DNA of 64,000 nt, from assembly GCA_030141605.1 (NCBI GenBank), contig JAQGDQ010001005.1, positions 7,162-71,161 of the forward strand. The letters are read 5' to 3'. Under the pieces are notes generated by a model, which worked only from the letters and a program-made list of their open reading frames with translations, searched no databases and had not been told where the DNA came from. Made by a program: the position numbers and the translations under genes. The stretch is from Tubiluchus corallicola (taxonomy: Eukaryota; Animalia; Priapulida). Position 1 is the stretch's first letter; each line of letters starts with the position of its first letter. Positions 1 to 13,459 of the stretch are shown here, in pieces.

Positions 1-1058
1 ATAATTACTATAATTAGTAAAGCGCAAAAACCAACAATTATTGTCACCAGGCGGCGCTATAAAATAAGTCTACAATTAAAAATTCACAAGGCAACTAATT
101 AAACGATATAGTAAAAACGCATTAACAATAAAATGAACAAATGCAGTTTACATACATAAAATCTTAACACACAAACAATACATAAACAATGTTGTTGGCA
201 TCCTTCTGTCTCGGAAGACAATGGAATGTGCGCCAAGAGAGTCCGATCCTTGAACGTCTCCAGGGCTCACGCCTGGGCAAGTTGTATGGAGATCCTGAGT
301 TGCCCAGACAACAGGAACCCCCTCTCTTCCTTCCTGGTGTAGTCCAAACGAAAGCGGAGCGATACGTTTGGCACCAGGTTGCCTGCAGGAGGCTATGAAA
401 CAATAGGCTATTATAAATAAAACTAAAATTGTAATACACGTATATAAAATCACTAGAAATTAACCCAAATTAAATCAATAAATCCATATTAAATTTCTAA
501 TTAATTAAAAAGGCTTATTTATAAAAATACAATAAGTAAGCAATTGTAAACGATATTTTAAAACAACGGCCCTTTAATCACTTTCTAGTTGGTGCATTAA
601 CACTTTGACTCACCTTGAGAGTTTGCAAAGCTCTTAACAATGCTGCCTTATTCTGGCTGAAGAATGTTGCTGAATATTATTTAAAATAAAAATCTTCAGC
701 TTTCGAGTCTTTATTTAATAAAAAATTTGGAAATCGTGGTTATACATGCCTGCTAATACAACTGACACGATGATTTCCAAATGTTTTTCTCGTTCTGGCC
801 ATATCATTATTTAACTTTTCTACTTTACAGCTGACTTTACCTGTCATGCTATCTTTATTTTTGACAAAACACACGAGGTGGTCACGTGTATGTAAAATGG
901 TGATTTTTAAAACTTTTATATTAAATTACATCAATATAATGATTTTGGGATCCTCTGCAAGCTTCATTAGTTTAGAAGCGTGTTCAGCCGCCCAGTCAAT
1001 TCTTGTTCTTCAGTTTTCTCACATTTAGCCGGAAATGAATTACAATTATTTATTTCAG

Positions 1059-4000
1059 AACCAAGGAACGTATCCCTCCGGAGATGCCTACAGCTACAGG
1101 AACACTTTAGTTTTTATGGGCCATCCTTTTGGAATCCTCGACAATAAGGACCGCGCGTACATAGTGCAATGTCAGGTGAAGCCAGATACGTCCCCTACCC
1201 CCTCTGGTGGTCCAGCAACAGCTGCTACGATTGCAGAGCACCCTGTTAGCGTGTACATGAAAGTGAGCAACGGTGTAGATCCCGAGAGCAAACCCTCAAA
1301 GGGGCTGATTGTGGGAGAGATGGCAACCCTCTCAGTGAGCCATCCCAAAAGTTGTAAGTTTTTAAATTGACTTGTTTAATTACGAGAACAGATTTTAATA
1401 TTAGTTACTTTCAAACTATAAGCTGATATTGGCAACGCTCATAGTCCAGTGCAAATGTGGCAAACTTGATTTACCTGATTGTCAATTTATTTCCATTGTT
1501 CTTGCATTGTACTTCACATGCAAGTACATGTAGGCGCTCATAGTCCAGTGCAAATGTGGCAAACTTGATTTACCTGATTGTCAATTTATTTCCATTGTTC
1601 TTGCATTGTACTTCACGTACATGTAGGCGCTCATAGTCCAGTGCAAATGTGGCAAACTGATTGTCAATTTATTTCCATTGTTCTTGCATTGTACTTCACG
1701 TACATGTAGGCCCTATTCGATCAGTTGGCCAAATACCGCTTTGTGGCCAGATTCTTGACCGAATGGGTTTGAATGAATGACTGTTTGCTGTTTGGGTTCA
1801 TAGCAGGTCACGTAGCATGTGTGGTTTATTTTATTATTACCAGTTAAACTTGGAAAAAATATAACAAAGACATTTGCAAAAAGATATATAACAAGATATT
1901 TGCAAAAAGATATATAACAAAGATATTTGTTTATAGAGCATAGGCTTAATTTAGACTACCGTTGTATGGAATTTTAGGCGGGTTGGTAGCCACCATTTAC
2001 CATGAGTAACTGGTGAACTTCGTAGCCTTCCGTAATCTAAACTAATTGAAATTTCTGCAGCTTACCCTAATGTCTGTGTAAAAAAATCGTAGAATTAATT
2101 ATCCATTTTTTTGTATAACTTACTCTATTTTTGACAGAAATTGACAGTGCTCTGCTTTTGTCATTGTTTTGAAAAGCAGGTATTCAAAATGGGAGCATGG
2201 CGGGTTTAAAGTAATTTTACTAATCACAAGAGCTTTTATTATCACACTTTTATTACTAAATATTTCCAAGATATTTCGCAAACATCGAAATAATCTTAAC
2301 TTCCCAGAAGGGTTGGCGTTTCCTTTAATTCAAACAAGATACCAAACAGCAAAGGCCAAGAATTCAAAATCCAAAATCTGTCTCTAAAGAAAGGACGAAA
2401 CTAACTTGGAGCAGGGATAGAGTTGGCAAGTCTTGGTAAAAATCATAGTTCATAGAATGTCATAAAATCTTTACACACACAATGACTTCATGGCGTGGGT
2501 GTGCAGGTTTATTGATTTTAGTATCATTGCAGTTGTTATATCGTTATCATCATTGCTGATTGCTTGCTGTTTTTTGTTCTACTGTTTCTTCTGCTCTATC
2601 TTTTCCTTGTTTGTCGTCTTTTTCCCTTTTCTACTGTACTGTATGGTGTGTGTAGTTAGTGTTGTGTTAAGTTGGACATCAATAAAACAGGCCATCTTCA
2701 AGTTTAACTAATTTGCCTCATTATTGTCTTTCCAAAACTACTGAGAGTTTACAAGGTACTTAATGACTGGGTCATATAGCACACGTGAATAGGTTTACTC
2801 ACCGTTCTGTACATTTTTCGGAGATTTTTTTCTAAAGACTCGTACCGCGCAAGCTTTTGTTATTATAATTATAGAGTGACTAGTGACTCGTGTGAAATTG
2901 TCACACTTCCTCAGCAGGGCGCAAGACTTTGCTTCCTCATTTCTGCTACACAGAACTACGTCTCTAGACTGTCACTGGAGGCAGTTGCTGATTGCTTTAC
3001 AGGTGCAAGATGATATTATAATTACTGTGCCAATGGCCAAGATGAACCTGAGCTTAGGTATCACCTGGTACAATTAGGCCAAACTTAGACGTCAACATTT
3101 CACTTAGAATAAATGGAATGTAATGCATTGTATGGAGCTAATATTAGAATCTGTTTAGGCCTAAAGATCTATGTCTTGATGTAGGCTTATATTGAAAGGT
3201 TACTGCAGATTCTTTGATAGTATGTCTACCAATGTTTGCAGTAATGTAGACCATCTAAGCAGGATGCTGCTTTAATCAGTTTTTCGACCGCCCAAGGAAT
3301 AAGAATATTTTGGTAAGTCGATCTTTGTTCCGATTATCTAGTTACGTTCTTGAGAAATCTCAATAATTTGTAGAACATTCAAAGGGTTAAAGGCTGTTTG
3401 GATTCTTGAGTAGGACACGGCGTGTTTTAGTACTATTTTCCCCCATATTTCGTTTCTGATTCACTTTCGGGTTTATCCTGTCAGCACGTTTTTATCTCGA
3501 AGTGACCGATAGGCCTTGTTTGGAGCGAATTGTATAAAAAAACAAAAGTCTGAGGAGGTTAACTACCTCCCCCTTCTAGTTCTTCCCTCGTACAACGTTT
3601 CTTAATCAAATCTTATCCCTGAATTTTTTAACTTTTCGGAATTTCCCAAAATTCCTAATTTCTTCGGAACTAAAGGTTGATAGCTCTTTACGCGTTTTTT
3701 GTGATTCGCTCAGCCTTCAGCATTAATAGCTGTCTTGAGGCTTTGAAGTCAATGAAGTCTCTTTAATGAACTCGACTAGAAGAGTCTTTCTTCTCTCTTC
3801 AAAGGTAGATAACGGCTACACTTTTTAAGTTTTAGTCGCTAAGCGGTAGAGTATGAAGACCCGACACCGAATTGTATTTCTCTTTATTAATTAATAATTA
3901 TCAACTGGTTTTGTAGCCCTTTTCTCTTTTGTTGTTAAGTAGGGCTTGACTCTAAGAGACTCTTCTCTGTTTGAGACTTTATTAAGCAAAGTTTGACTCT

Positions 4001-7000
4001 AAGAGACACGTCTCTGTTTGAGACTTTATTGAGTTGAACTTGACTCTTCTCTGTTTGAGACTTTATTAAGTAGGGCTTGACTCTAAGAGACTCTTCTCTG
4101 TTTGAGACTTTATTAAGCAAAGTTTGACTCTAAGAGACACGTCTCTGTTTGAGACTTTATTGAGTTGAACTTGACTCTTCTCTGTTTGAGACTTTATTAA
4201 GCAAAGCTTAACTCTAAGAGACTCTTCTCTGTTTGAGACTTTATTAAGTAAAGCTTGACTCTAAGAGACTCTTCTCTGTTTGAGACTTTATTAAGTAAAG
4301 CTTGACTCTAAGAGACTCTTCTCTGTTTGAGGCTTTATTAAGTAGACCTTGACCCTAAGAGACTCTTCTCTGTTTGAGACTTTATTAAGCAAAGCTTGAC
4401 TCTAAGAGACTCTTTTCTGTTTGAGACTTTATTAAGTAAAGCTTGACTCTAAGAGACTCTTTTCTGTTTGAGACTTTATTAAGTAAAGCTTGACTCTAAG
4501 AGACTCTTCTCTGTTTGAGACTTTATTAAGTAAAGCTTGACTCTAAGAGACTCTTCTCTGTTTGAGGCGTTATTAAGCAAAGCTTGACTCTAAGAGACTC
4601 TTCTCTGTTTGAGACTTTATTAAGTAGACCTTGACCCTAAGAGACTCTTCTCTGTTTGAGACTTTATTAAGCAAAGCTTGACTCTAAGAGACTCTTTTCT
4701 GTTTGAGACTTTATTAAGCAAAGCTTGACTCTAAGAGACTCTTTTCTGTTTGAGACTTTATTAAGCAAAGCTTGACTCTAAGAGACGCGTCTCTGTTTGA
4801 GACTTTATTAAGCAAAGCTTGACTCTAAGAGACTCTTTTCTGTTTGAGACTTTATTAAGCAAAGCTTGACTCTAAGAGACTCTTCTCTGTTTGAGACTTT
4901 ATTAAGTAAAGCTTGACCCTAAGAGACTCTTCTCTGTTTGAGACTTTATTAAGTAAAGCTTGACTCTAAGAGACGCGTCTCTGTTTGAGACTTTATTAAG
5001 TAAAGCTTGACTCTAAAAGATTTCTGTTTGAGGCAATTATAAAATATAGTAATATTAATTAACTAATGTATTGATTATTCAGTCAATTATCAAGAACACT
5101 TCCTGTGTTTTTGTAGCTACCTGGGATGTCTTAGTGACCTCATGTTACGCCCACGACGGGTTAGGATACATGAAGACACCTCTAGTAGATGAAAATGGCT
5201 GCCCTATACACAAGACTGAGTTTGTCACCCCTATGAAACACAACCAACTTTCAAACGGAGAACTGTCACATTACATCAACTTCCAAGTGTTCAAGTTTCC
5301 AGACAGAGACAATGTCTATTTCCAGTGTACTGTGAACGTATGCCGGGATAAGTGTTTGAAGGTAACATAGTTTTCTTTCATGTTTTTAGAGTTGTTTTTG
5401 GATTAAGTTCTTCTATTCTTTTACAAGGTGTTTCATCTTTGCTGGAGCAGGGGAATTAAGTACGTTTTATTACATACAAAATAGCTTTTACCCAGAATGC
5501 CACATAATTTATTGAGGCCAAACTGATGAAAAGATTTTAAACGTGCCTGAAAATTAATTTCTTAGGTTGGAGAGCAAGTCTGTGATTATCAGATTTTACA
5601 AGCCTAGGTGGCTTTTAAATAAAAAGTGAAAACATATTATTTAGCAAAACAGATGATTACTGATACTTTGCACTCTTAGGGTTATCAATAAAACAAACTC
5701 TCTGGCCATGGTAGAATGTTTTGTTGTGTTTGTCTATAAAACTTAACATGTTTTTGCGCTAAAAGGTTTTGGCAAACGGCTAACAAGTGTGCGTTACTAT
5801 TTTAACCTATGTAGGTAAGCTGTGACGGGAAAGATCGAGAAAAACGTAGTTTACATGATGTCATTAGCAAGCAGAACGTGACTGATCAGTTTGATGTTTT
5901 CCGATCATTAACTGTGAGGCTACGCGGAGAATATTCCACAACTTACTGTAAGTTACCTTATATATTTTGATAAAGAAAGAGCAAAACTAAGTATGATTTT
6001 ATAATCGCTGCGATAAAGATGAGATTTATTAGGCTCTCTAGCAGTTTAGGTGGGTTTAGGCCACGGTGCATTAATACTCGAGAACCATCAAAACTGGAAA
6101 TTCATCAAATTCTGAGTGCGCAGAATCGAAAATTGACCAATTCTGCTCAAATCGTTTGGGATAACGCCATTGAAATTGTGTTTCTTAAAGCGTTATATCT
6201 GGAACGTGCTTTTTTTCAAAATACAGAATATTGTTTTTCTATGAATGACAAGTGATGTGTACGGAAAGTAGGGGTGAGCATCGAACGTTCGAGTTTGAAC
6301 GTTCGAATCGGATTCGAACGCTCGGATTCGATTCGAACGAGTTTTTTTAGTTCGAACTCGATTCGAATCCAAAACTATAGATTCGAATAATTCAGCACTT
6401 CAATCACATGTGTTCCTGATCACTAAAACGATTGAAACAATTAGCATTATTTAGCTGTGATTTCCGTGCACAACTTTAAACAAATTACTAGTCGTTTTAT
6501 TGCAGAAGAAAATCTAGTGATACACATGATCTTTGTAAGACTAATTTTTACTGGTGGTTCGAAAACTTGTTCAAAAATCGTTCAATCTCAACTCGAATTC
6601 GAAACACTGAAGTTCGGTTCGATTCGAATTCGAAGGTCACAAATTCGGTTCGATTCGAATTCGCTTTCTGGTAGAGAATGCTCACCCCTAACGGAAAGGC
6701 ACTGTAAACTTTTCTAATCATGCGATAACAGGATTCATTCAGTTTATTTAAACGAGCAACTGATAACAGTGTTTAGAAACAAACGAAGACGTATCCAAGC
6801 CTGTATTGATGCTAAAGGACGTCACTTTCGAACATTGTTTATAATTGTCGTTCATATTTATCTCCTGTATTGTATATTGAAACATGCTGTTAATAAATAT
6901 AGGCCATATAAGTGTTCAGTGACTTTCCGAACACCCTGCACAAGTATTGTATATTGAAACATGTTTGTTAATAAATATAGGCCATATAAGTGTTCAGTGA

Positions 7001-8384
7001 CTTTCCGAACACCCTGTACAAGCCTACTGCAAAAGACCTGTACAATGTACGGTAGCGGCTTTATGGAAAGTTTTTTACCAAAATGATTTAAGTTCTATTG
7101 GCGATTATTCCATTTTTAGTATTAAATAAGTGCAATCATAATTCATAATTCATTTTTACTTTGCACAATGTGTTGTAATTATAAATAAACATTTTTGTCA
7201 AATGCACGTAAAAGAAATAAAATCACTAATTCTAATTCTGCTAGAGCACGATTGTTTCCTGGCTAGAAAATAAAAAAGTTAGCTTTTCGCTATTGTTTAG
7301 TTAAAGTTAGTTAAAGTCAAACTAAACCTTCAATATAGGCTTTTGCAACCTAAAAACTTACTATCATTACGAATATTCTATTAATTCTATTATAAACTTA
7401 CTGTAAAACTCGTTTCTTTTGATTTTTATCACTTCCTTGTTAGCTGTATTAAATTTGAAGCTCCGCCATTTTTTCGTTGCGGGAGACGTAATTGTTACAT
7501 GACGTAATTGTTAAAGCATTTCTTTACGCGTGAGTATAGCATTAACTTTCAGTTGCCCTTCGTCATTCATGGTTTTAAATTCCGGTTTACTGACTCCATA
7601 CGTAGTAACGTAACCTCTGAAGGTTTCTGTATTATTGCTAAATACGAGAAACATGGCGGTCCTCAAGACAATGTAGTGAATGTACACCAGGGGTGTGCAA
7701 ATTATCTGACTAGCCGGTCCCACATTAGACATTCCCGCAATTCCTGCGGGCCACATGCAGTTTGGTGAAGGAGCCAAGTACAGTAGGACCTAATAACGAT
7801 TTTTCTGCATCTGATCTGTCGCATCATTACTGCTGCAAACTACAATCAAAAAACTATTTTAGAATTATTAAAATTTATATTAAAAACCATATAATGTCCG
7901 ACAGTGACATTAAGTGACAACGGTCTTGTAAGGGTTAATGCCATCCGATCTAGAGGAAAAAACTACCCGCACTATCTTTGGGATCGTGGCACGGACTTCA
8001 GTTGGATTGCCTAGGCCGCACTTTCATTACGTTGACAAACCTCTTCGCGGGCCGCAGTTTGCACACCCCTGATGTATACATTCGAAGTTCGCCAGAAAAA
8101 GAACAAGTTATTTAATTTACCTGTTCACTTTACATAACATGAACTACAAATTCTTTTTGTAATCATAATACGGTGAAAACTTCAATGCTTTAATTTGAGT
8201 CAATATTTTCTTTTCAGCGACGGGGACGGTAGCACCGCATTCACACAAGTCTGACGTATGCGTGTCCAAGACAACCATGGCTGTCAGTTTCACCATCTTG
8301 GCTTTCTTTCTAATAGTCGCCATAGCTCTTTCACTTACTTGCCTTGCTATGCTGCGAAGACGGGTTGTATCCACAACATTGTAG
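1059..8384 (+). CDS. ZP-domain transmembrane protein (cuticlin/dusky-like), 5'-partial; exons 1059-1353, 5117-5361, 5815-5947, 8218-8384
   Basis: Four AG/GT-bounded exons join in phase (1,0,1). ZP-C motifs VTSCYAHDG...LVDENGCP...FQVFKFPDRDNVYFQCTVNVCRDKC, then a furin-type site REKR, a C-terminal hydrophobic helix (MAVSFTILAFFLIVAIALSLTCLAML), a basic RRR tail and TAG at 8382-8384. Confidence 0.9.
1436..1710. repeat. Tandem triplication of a ~95-bp unit
   Basis: CGCTCATAGTCCAGTGCAAATGTGGCAAAC recurs at 1436, 1535 and 1628, with small deletions in later copies. Confidence 0.95.
2875..3057 (+). pseudogene. Possible decayed LDL-receptor class A-like exon in a ZP intron
   Basis: AG...GT-bounded block; NYCANGQDE (3020-3046) resembles the LDLa C-x-x-G-x-D-E end; contains stops and frameshifts. 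Confidence 0.3.
3935..5032. repeat. 47-bp tandem array, ~23 copies
   Basis: Unit TTAAGTAAAGCTTGACTCTAAGAGACTCTTCTCTGTTTGAGACTTTA; period 47 (AAGCTT at 4251 and 4298). Confidence 0.97.
6269..6690. mobile_element. Non-autonomous hAT element (MITE)
   Basis: TIRs TAGGGGTGAGCAT/ATGCTCACCCCTA, perfect 8-bp TSD ACGGAAAG, subterminal TTCGAA repeats. Confidence 0.92.
6769..7018 (+). mobile_element. Tc1/mariner-superfamily 3' remnant with a duplicated end
   Basis: RRIQACIDAKGRHF resembles the Tc1/mariner transposase C-terminus; the element ends ...CCGAACACCCTG-TA; the last ~78 bp are tandemly duplicated. Confidence 0.75.
7688..8071. mobile_element. hAT (Charlie-like) MITE family A, copy 1 (internally deleted)
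   Basis: TIR CAGGGGTGTGCAAA/TTTGCACACCCCTG; TSD ATGTACAC/ATGTATAC; similar to copies at 17721, 29959 and 53217. Confidence 0.9.
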
Positions 8385-8447
8385 TGTTCTGAATTCTACT
8401 CTTATTGTAAAGTTTTACATAATTATTGTACATAATTATTTGTACTG

Positions 8448-8710
8448 GTCAGTAAAAAAATCAAAATTCTTCTTGCCTCTAAAAATCAAATGAACTGGCA
8501 CACAACTAATAAAGTAGCACTGTCCTATTATGATGTCAGTATTTGACGAAAGGTGGCGCAGCTGCTGTAGCCAACGAGTTTAGGTCAGTAAAAAATCAAA
8601 ATGCTTCTTGCCAATAAAGATCAGATGAACTGGCATGAAACTATTGTACTTTGAAGTACTGTCTTAATATGATTTCTGTATTTGATGATAGAGTTATAGT
8701 CAACGAGCTT
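8448..8710. repeat. Diverged ~135-bp tandem duplication in the putative ZP 3' UTR
   Basis: GGTCAGTAAAAAA(A)TCAAAAT...ATGAACTGGCA...CCAACGAG occurs twice. Confidence 0.8.
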
Positions 8711-9664
8711 GGTAAAATGTAAATAATGCAGAACAACGCTGAGGTGCTTGAAATGTAACTAGATTAATGTATCGTCAAATAATATTCATCATTTTCATCA
8801 TGATTATCAGTTATGAAAATAATCAAACGAAGGAATTATTTCAAACACTCATAACCATTAATGTAAATTCATAAATAAATTCATGTACAATGATTAGTAG
8901 ATTTGATAACATACCGCGTAAGACCTATAATAGGCCTAAACCGTTTGGCCTAGTTTCTACAAATGCACTGTCACATGGCCTATTGATAAAGACATTAACA
9001 AATATTGATTAAAAATTTTAGTATTTTATCATATTGTATAATAAAAAATATTTTTTATTTTTTAAAGTAAAAGGATCGCCGAACCAGGTGTGATACTGTA
9101 TCGACGTTAACTGTCTCAGTTAATCGTATGTAATCAGTACAGGTTTAGTAGTTTGAACTGTTAATTAACTAATAAAGTGATTATAACAAAACAGGTATTA
9201 GGTATTTTCTGTACAAATACGGTAAGTCGGAGTGTAAAGGATTAAGATAGTTCCTACTGCGCTATCTCCAAATAATCTATCAAATTTGCATATAAACTTC
9301 ATCATAATGTTTATTTTATTTTCGGCACTAAAGTCATTGACAAACAATATAAAGTTTACACCTTTATAAAGTCAACGTGAGGGAAAACATGGAGATTTTC
9401 TTCGCGAAGAACCTTTATTAAATTTTCAGCATTTCAAAAGATTTCTATTAAGCCCATTGCCAAAATCTTATTAATCTCAATCACAACAACAACATCAAAG
9501 ACATCAACAATGAAAACACGTGCAAATATCATTCATGGCTGAATTAATCTACAATACTTCTTAAATTAGTTCAGGTAATCATAGCTACATGCATTCACTT
9601 CATTTAGTTAGAAAAGTATACAGGTATTATTATTATTACCATTGAGTAACAGGGAAACAGGCTT

Positions 9665-10035
9665 AATAACAGGGTTTTCAGGTTTGTTGTGCGCACGCGC
9701 AGTTGGTGTGTGGGTCAAAGGTTAAGTTTACCACAGCAACGCGTCTCAACTACAACAGCCACGTGACGAGTGAGTAAAGCGAAATCGTTTGTAACTTCAG
9801 TTGATTTACGTGAACTTTGTTAAATTATGCCTTAGTCTGATTTACTAGCAGGATCTTCCTTGGCAACAAGAAAAAACGAACTAGTCAATGTTCTAGCTAG
9901 CTGTTAAAACTGTTACTATCACAACAGCATAGGTTGCGAGGCATTGTCAGGTGTACACAAATGCGTTGTCTGATATACTTAACCTTTGACCTTTTCACGA
10001 CCATCGTCAATCACTGGATGTATGAAAAGGCTTAT
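9665..10035. mobile_element. Unclassified MITE family B, copy 1
   Basis: Homologous to 54034-54417; internal inverted GGTCAAAGGTTAAG/CTTAACCTTTGACC. Confidence 0.8.
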
Positions 10036-10627
10036 TTAGCTTTACGTTATCCAAGATGTACACCTTAAAACAATTAAGGCACTAGACTTGGCTAGGAGAA
10101 TAAGGAGATAATCAATAATAACCTGAACTAAATGACTTACTGATGCAACTAAACCGCCGTACAAGTTATTTAGGAAAAATATCAAACAACACGTACTACT
10201 TATTTATAACTGCATTTAATAGCATGGTAAACAAGATAGAGTGACTGACCAAAAATATAAAGAAAATATCAAATACATGCAAATGTATTAAGGACGTATA
10301 AAATTATTTGGGCTTTATCAGGAGTACAGTAGATTTGCCTTGGCTCATTTTTCTGCATCAAAGTCCAGTGTGGACAATAATTTCTATTCTGTTGACCCTG
10401 ATGTCGACAGTGATAGTGGGAGGTGCAAGAAGTTGTGAAGGCAGCGTTATGAGGAAGCTTCGAGACGCAACCACGATAACAGAAGATGGCACAGAAACAT
10501 TGGCAATTTAAGTTGAGTCGACCTCGATAGCAGAAATTACAGACGACGACCTCGTTATCAAAAGTTGCTGCGAAAACTATGTTGATGTAGTAACTATGGG
10601 AGAGTCAATCTCCAAACTGGAATCTGT

Positions 10628-11465
10628 TGCAGAATGTTCAGGAATTAACTCCGATGATACAAGCCAGACTTCTGGCAGTCACTCAATGTTCCAGAAGCTT
10701 CAGGAATTAACTCCGATGATACAAGCCAGACTTCTGGCGGTCACTCAATGTTCCAGAAGCTCCAGGAATTAACTCCAATGATACAAGCCAGACTTCTGGC
10801 GGTCACTCAATGTTCCAGAAGCTCCAGGAATTAACTCCAATGATACAAGCCAGACTTCTGGCGGTCACTCAATGTTCCAGAAGCTTCAGGACTTAACTTT
10901 GATAATACAAGCCAGACTTCTGGCAGTCACTCAATGTTCCAGAAGCTCCAGGAATTAACTCCGATGATACAAGCCAGACTTCTGGCAGTCACTCAATGTT
11001 GCAGAAGCTTCAGGAATTAACTCCGATGATACAAGCCAGACTTCTGGCGGTCACTCAATGTTCCAGAAGCTCCAGGAATTAACTCCGATGATACAAGCCA
11101 GACTTCTGGCAGTCACTCAATGTTGCAGAAGCTTCAGGAATTAACTCCGATGATACAAGCCAGACTTCTGGCAGTCACTCAATGTTGCAGAAGCTTCAGG
11201 AGTTAACTTCGATAATACAAGCCAGACTTCTGGCAGTCACTCAATGTTCCAGAAGCTTCAGGAATTAACTCCGGTAATACAGGCCAGACTTCTGTCAGTC
11301 ACTCAATGTTCCAGAAGCTTCAGGAATTAACTCCGGTAATACAGGCCAGACTTCTGTCAGTCACTCAATGCTGCAGAAGCTTTAGGAATTAACTCCGATA
11401 ATACAGGCCAGACTTCTGGTAGTCACTCAATGTTCCAGACGCTTCAGGAATTAACTCCGATAATA
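10628..11465. repeat. 62-bp tandem array, ~13 copies
   Basis: CAGGAATTAACT recurs at 10639, 10701, 10763 and onward; the period is not a multiple of 3. Confidence 0.97.
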
Positions 11466-12054
11466 ATACAAGTCAGGCTGCTCAGTGTAATAGAAGTTAA
11501 AGCATAAACGTTGGGAACTATCCTCCACCCTGGAAATTGACGACTATGGAAGAAGTTTTCGGAATCATCCTTGGTAAGAGAAGTTGAAACCAAAACTTAG
11601 CTAATCAACTTTAGCACCGGATTTTTACAAGCAGTCAGCAATTTGTACTGGAAGTTAAGTTAATGGCAAATCAACCTACCACTGACAAAGATAAGAGCAT
11701 AAGCAGCCTTGATTATTTTCTTTAACTACACCTATTCATTAACAATGATGTGACTTTTAACTCCATAAGCTAGCAAACTATTATTAAGTTACACGATAAT
11801 ATTAATAAATTATTATTACTAATATGAATCAATTAAGCCATTACAGGTTGTATTATGACAAATGACCACAGTCTTAGACAATAATTATTACTATCACCGG
11901 GTTATTTACAAGTGCACATATGTGAACATGAATAGAATCACACAATGGTTGTCACAGCATTGACCATATTTATAAAATAGTCCACAATTATGACATCCAT
12001 GTGTAGTTATGCATGGATTCTAAGTATCACACATTGATGTATGTAGGAAATTCC

Positions 12055-12602
12055 CAGTGGCGGCTCGTGCATAGGTACTGTGGAAATGCAGCACCCCTAT
12101 TTTTACTCAATATTATCGATAATATTCTATACAATAAGTTTTTTCTTTGGTTATTTCTTGATACAAGTGTGGTATGGGTATGGTCCAGAGCACGTGAGGG
12201 TAGTACCTGTTTGCTTCACAGCCCAGCACAGTGTACTCCCAGTTCAAGCAACGTGTTGTTTGACTGTTGTGCCATGTGCACATGTCTGAGATAAGATGCT
12301 GTACCTCAAGTAGAAAAAGTACTATCGCTCATGCAGTGTGTGTTGTCAGTTGTCACGTGTTTAAAAACCGTGTGCCGGCGTACTCTTGAACTGCGACAAT
12401 TTACAACTATTCGTACGCAAACAATATTTTTTGTTTAGGATTTTACGATGTTTATGTATAAATTTTCGTATGTTTGTTTGTTTTAAATTACAATTGCAGC
12501 ATTAAAATTACACGTGTTTGTTTCGTATTACACAGTATTAGAATAATGGCTAAAAATTTTCTGAAGCAGCCCCCCAGTAATTGTAGCTACGAGCCGCCAC
12601 TG
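12055..12602. mobile_element. hAT-like MITE family C
   Basis: TIR CAGTGGCGGCTCGT/ACGAGCCGCCACTG; a degraded relative lies at about 28868-29352. Confidence 0.82.
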
Positions 12603-13459
12603 GAAAACGTCTTTAGCTTAAGAGAACATGCCCAGTGAGTTTCTCTTTTTGACCATTGGTCAGTGTGCATTGTTGTCTAGAGTACAATGTCAAAAAGCCG
12701 TCTTCTAAATTCTCTATAGTGACCATCTTGCTATATCTCCTACGTTATTTCAGTGCAGGACTAATACAATAAACTACATTGATTGCACACAGCTTATCAC
12801 TAATAAACACGACACTTAGCAAACCATCTACGATTATCAAACAATACACGTAATTGATAAAACCGATGAAGCATAAACATAAAGCTGGTAAAAAATTTCT
12901 ACAAATTTCTTCTAAAAAATTTAGTTTGCATTTTGAAGTTAGTACCAATTAAAGACAAAAAAATAAATTTGCAAGTTATGTATTTGCAAACTGTGGGCAA
13001 ACAAGATTAGGAAAAACTTGTTAATATGAAATGGCCGGATGAAAAAATTGATAATTACTTTGCATCTAAGCTATCTAAATCTACAGTACAGCTACAGTCA
13101 ATATAGTCTGACAAATATCTTAATTTTGTCTCAAAATTTTCCTTTAGCGGCAGAAGTTTACCAGTTTTAATCCAAATTACGTTTGTGAGTTTTTAACGTA
13201 AGCAAAGGTGTTGATGTTTACTGAAGTAATAATCCAAAATTTGAAATCAATGGACCACTATTAATGAATTCAATTAAATGTAGAATACATTCAAGCTTAG
13301 CGACCAGATTTACAGTAATGCAATTAAAAAAAATAAACAAATTTATGCTCAACATAAACCCAATAGAAACAAAAGAAAATAATGCACATCAGTTGATTCA
13401 AAGCCATAAGTGTTTTTGCACTGCATAAGCTTGCAATTGTTTCCTACATTTCTCTTGTA

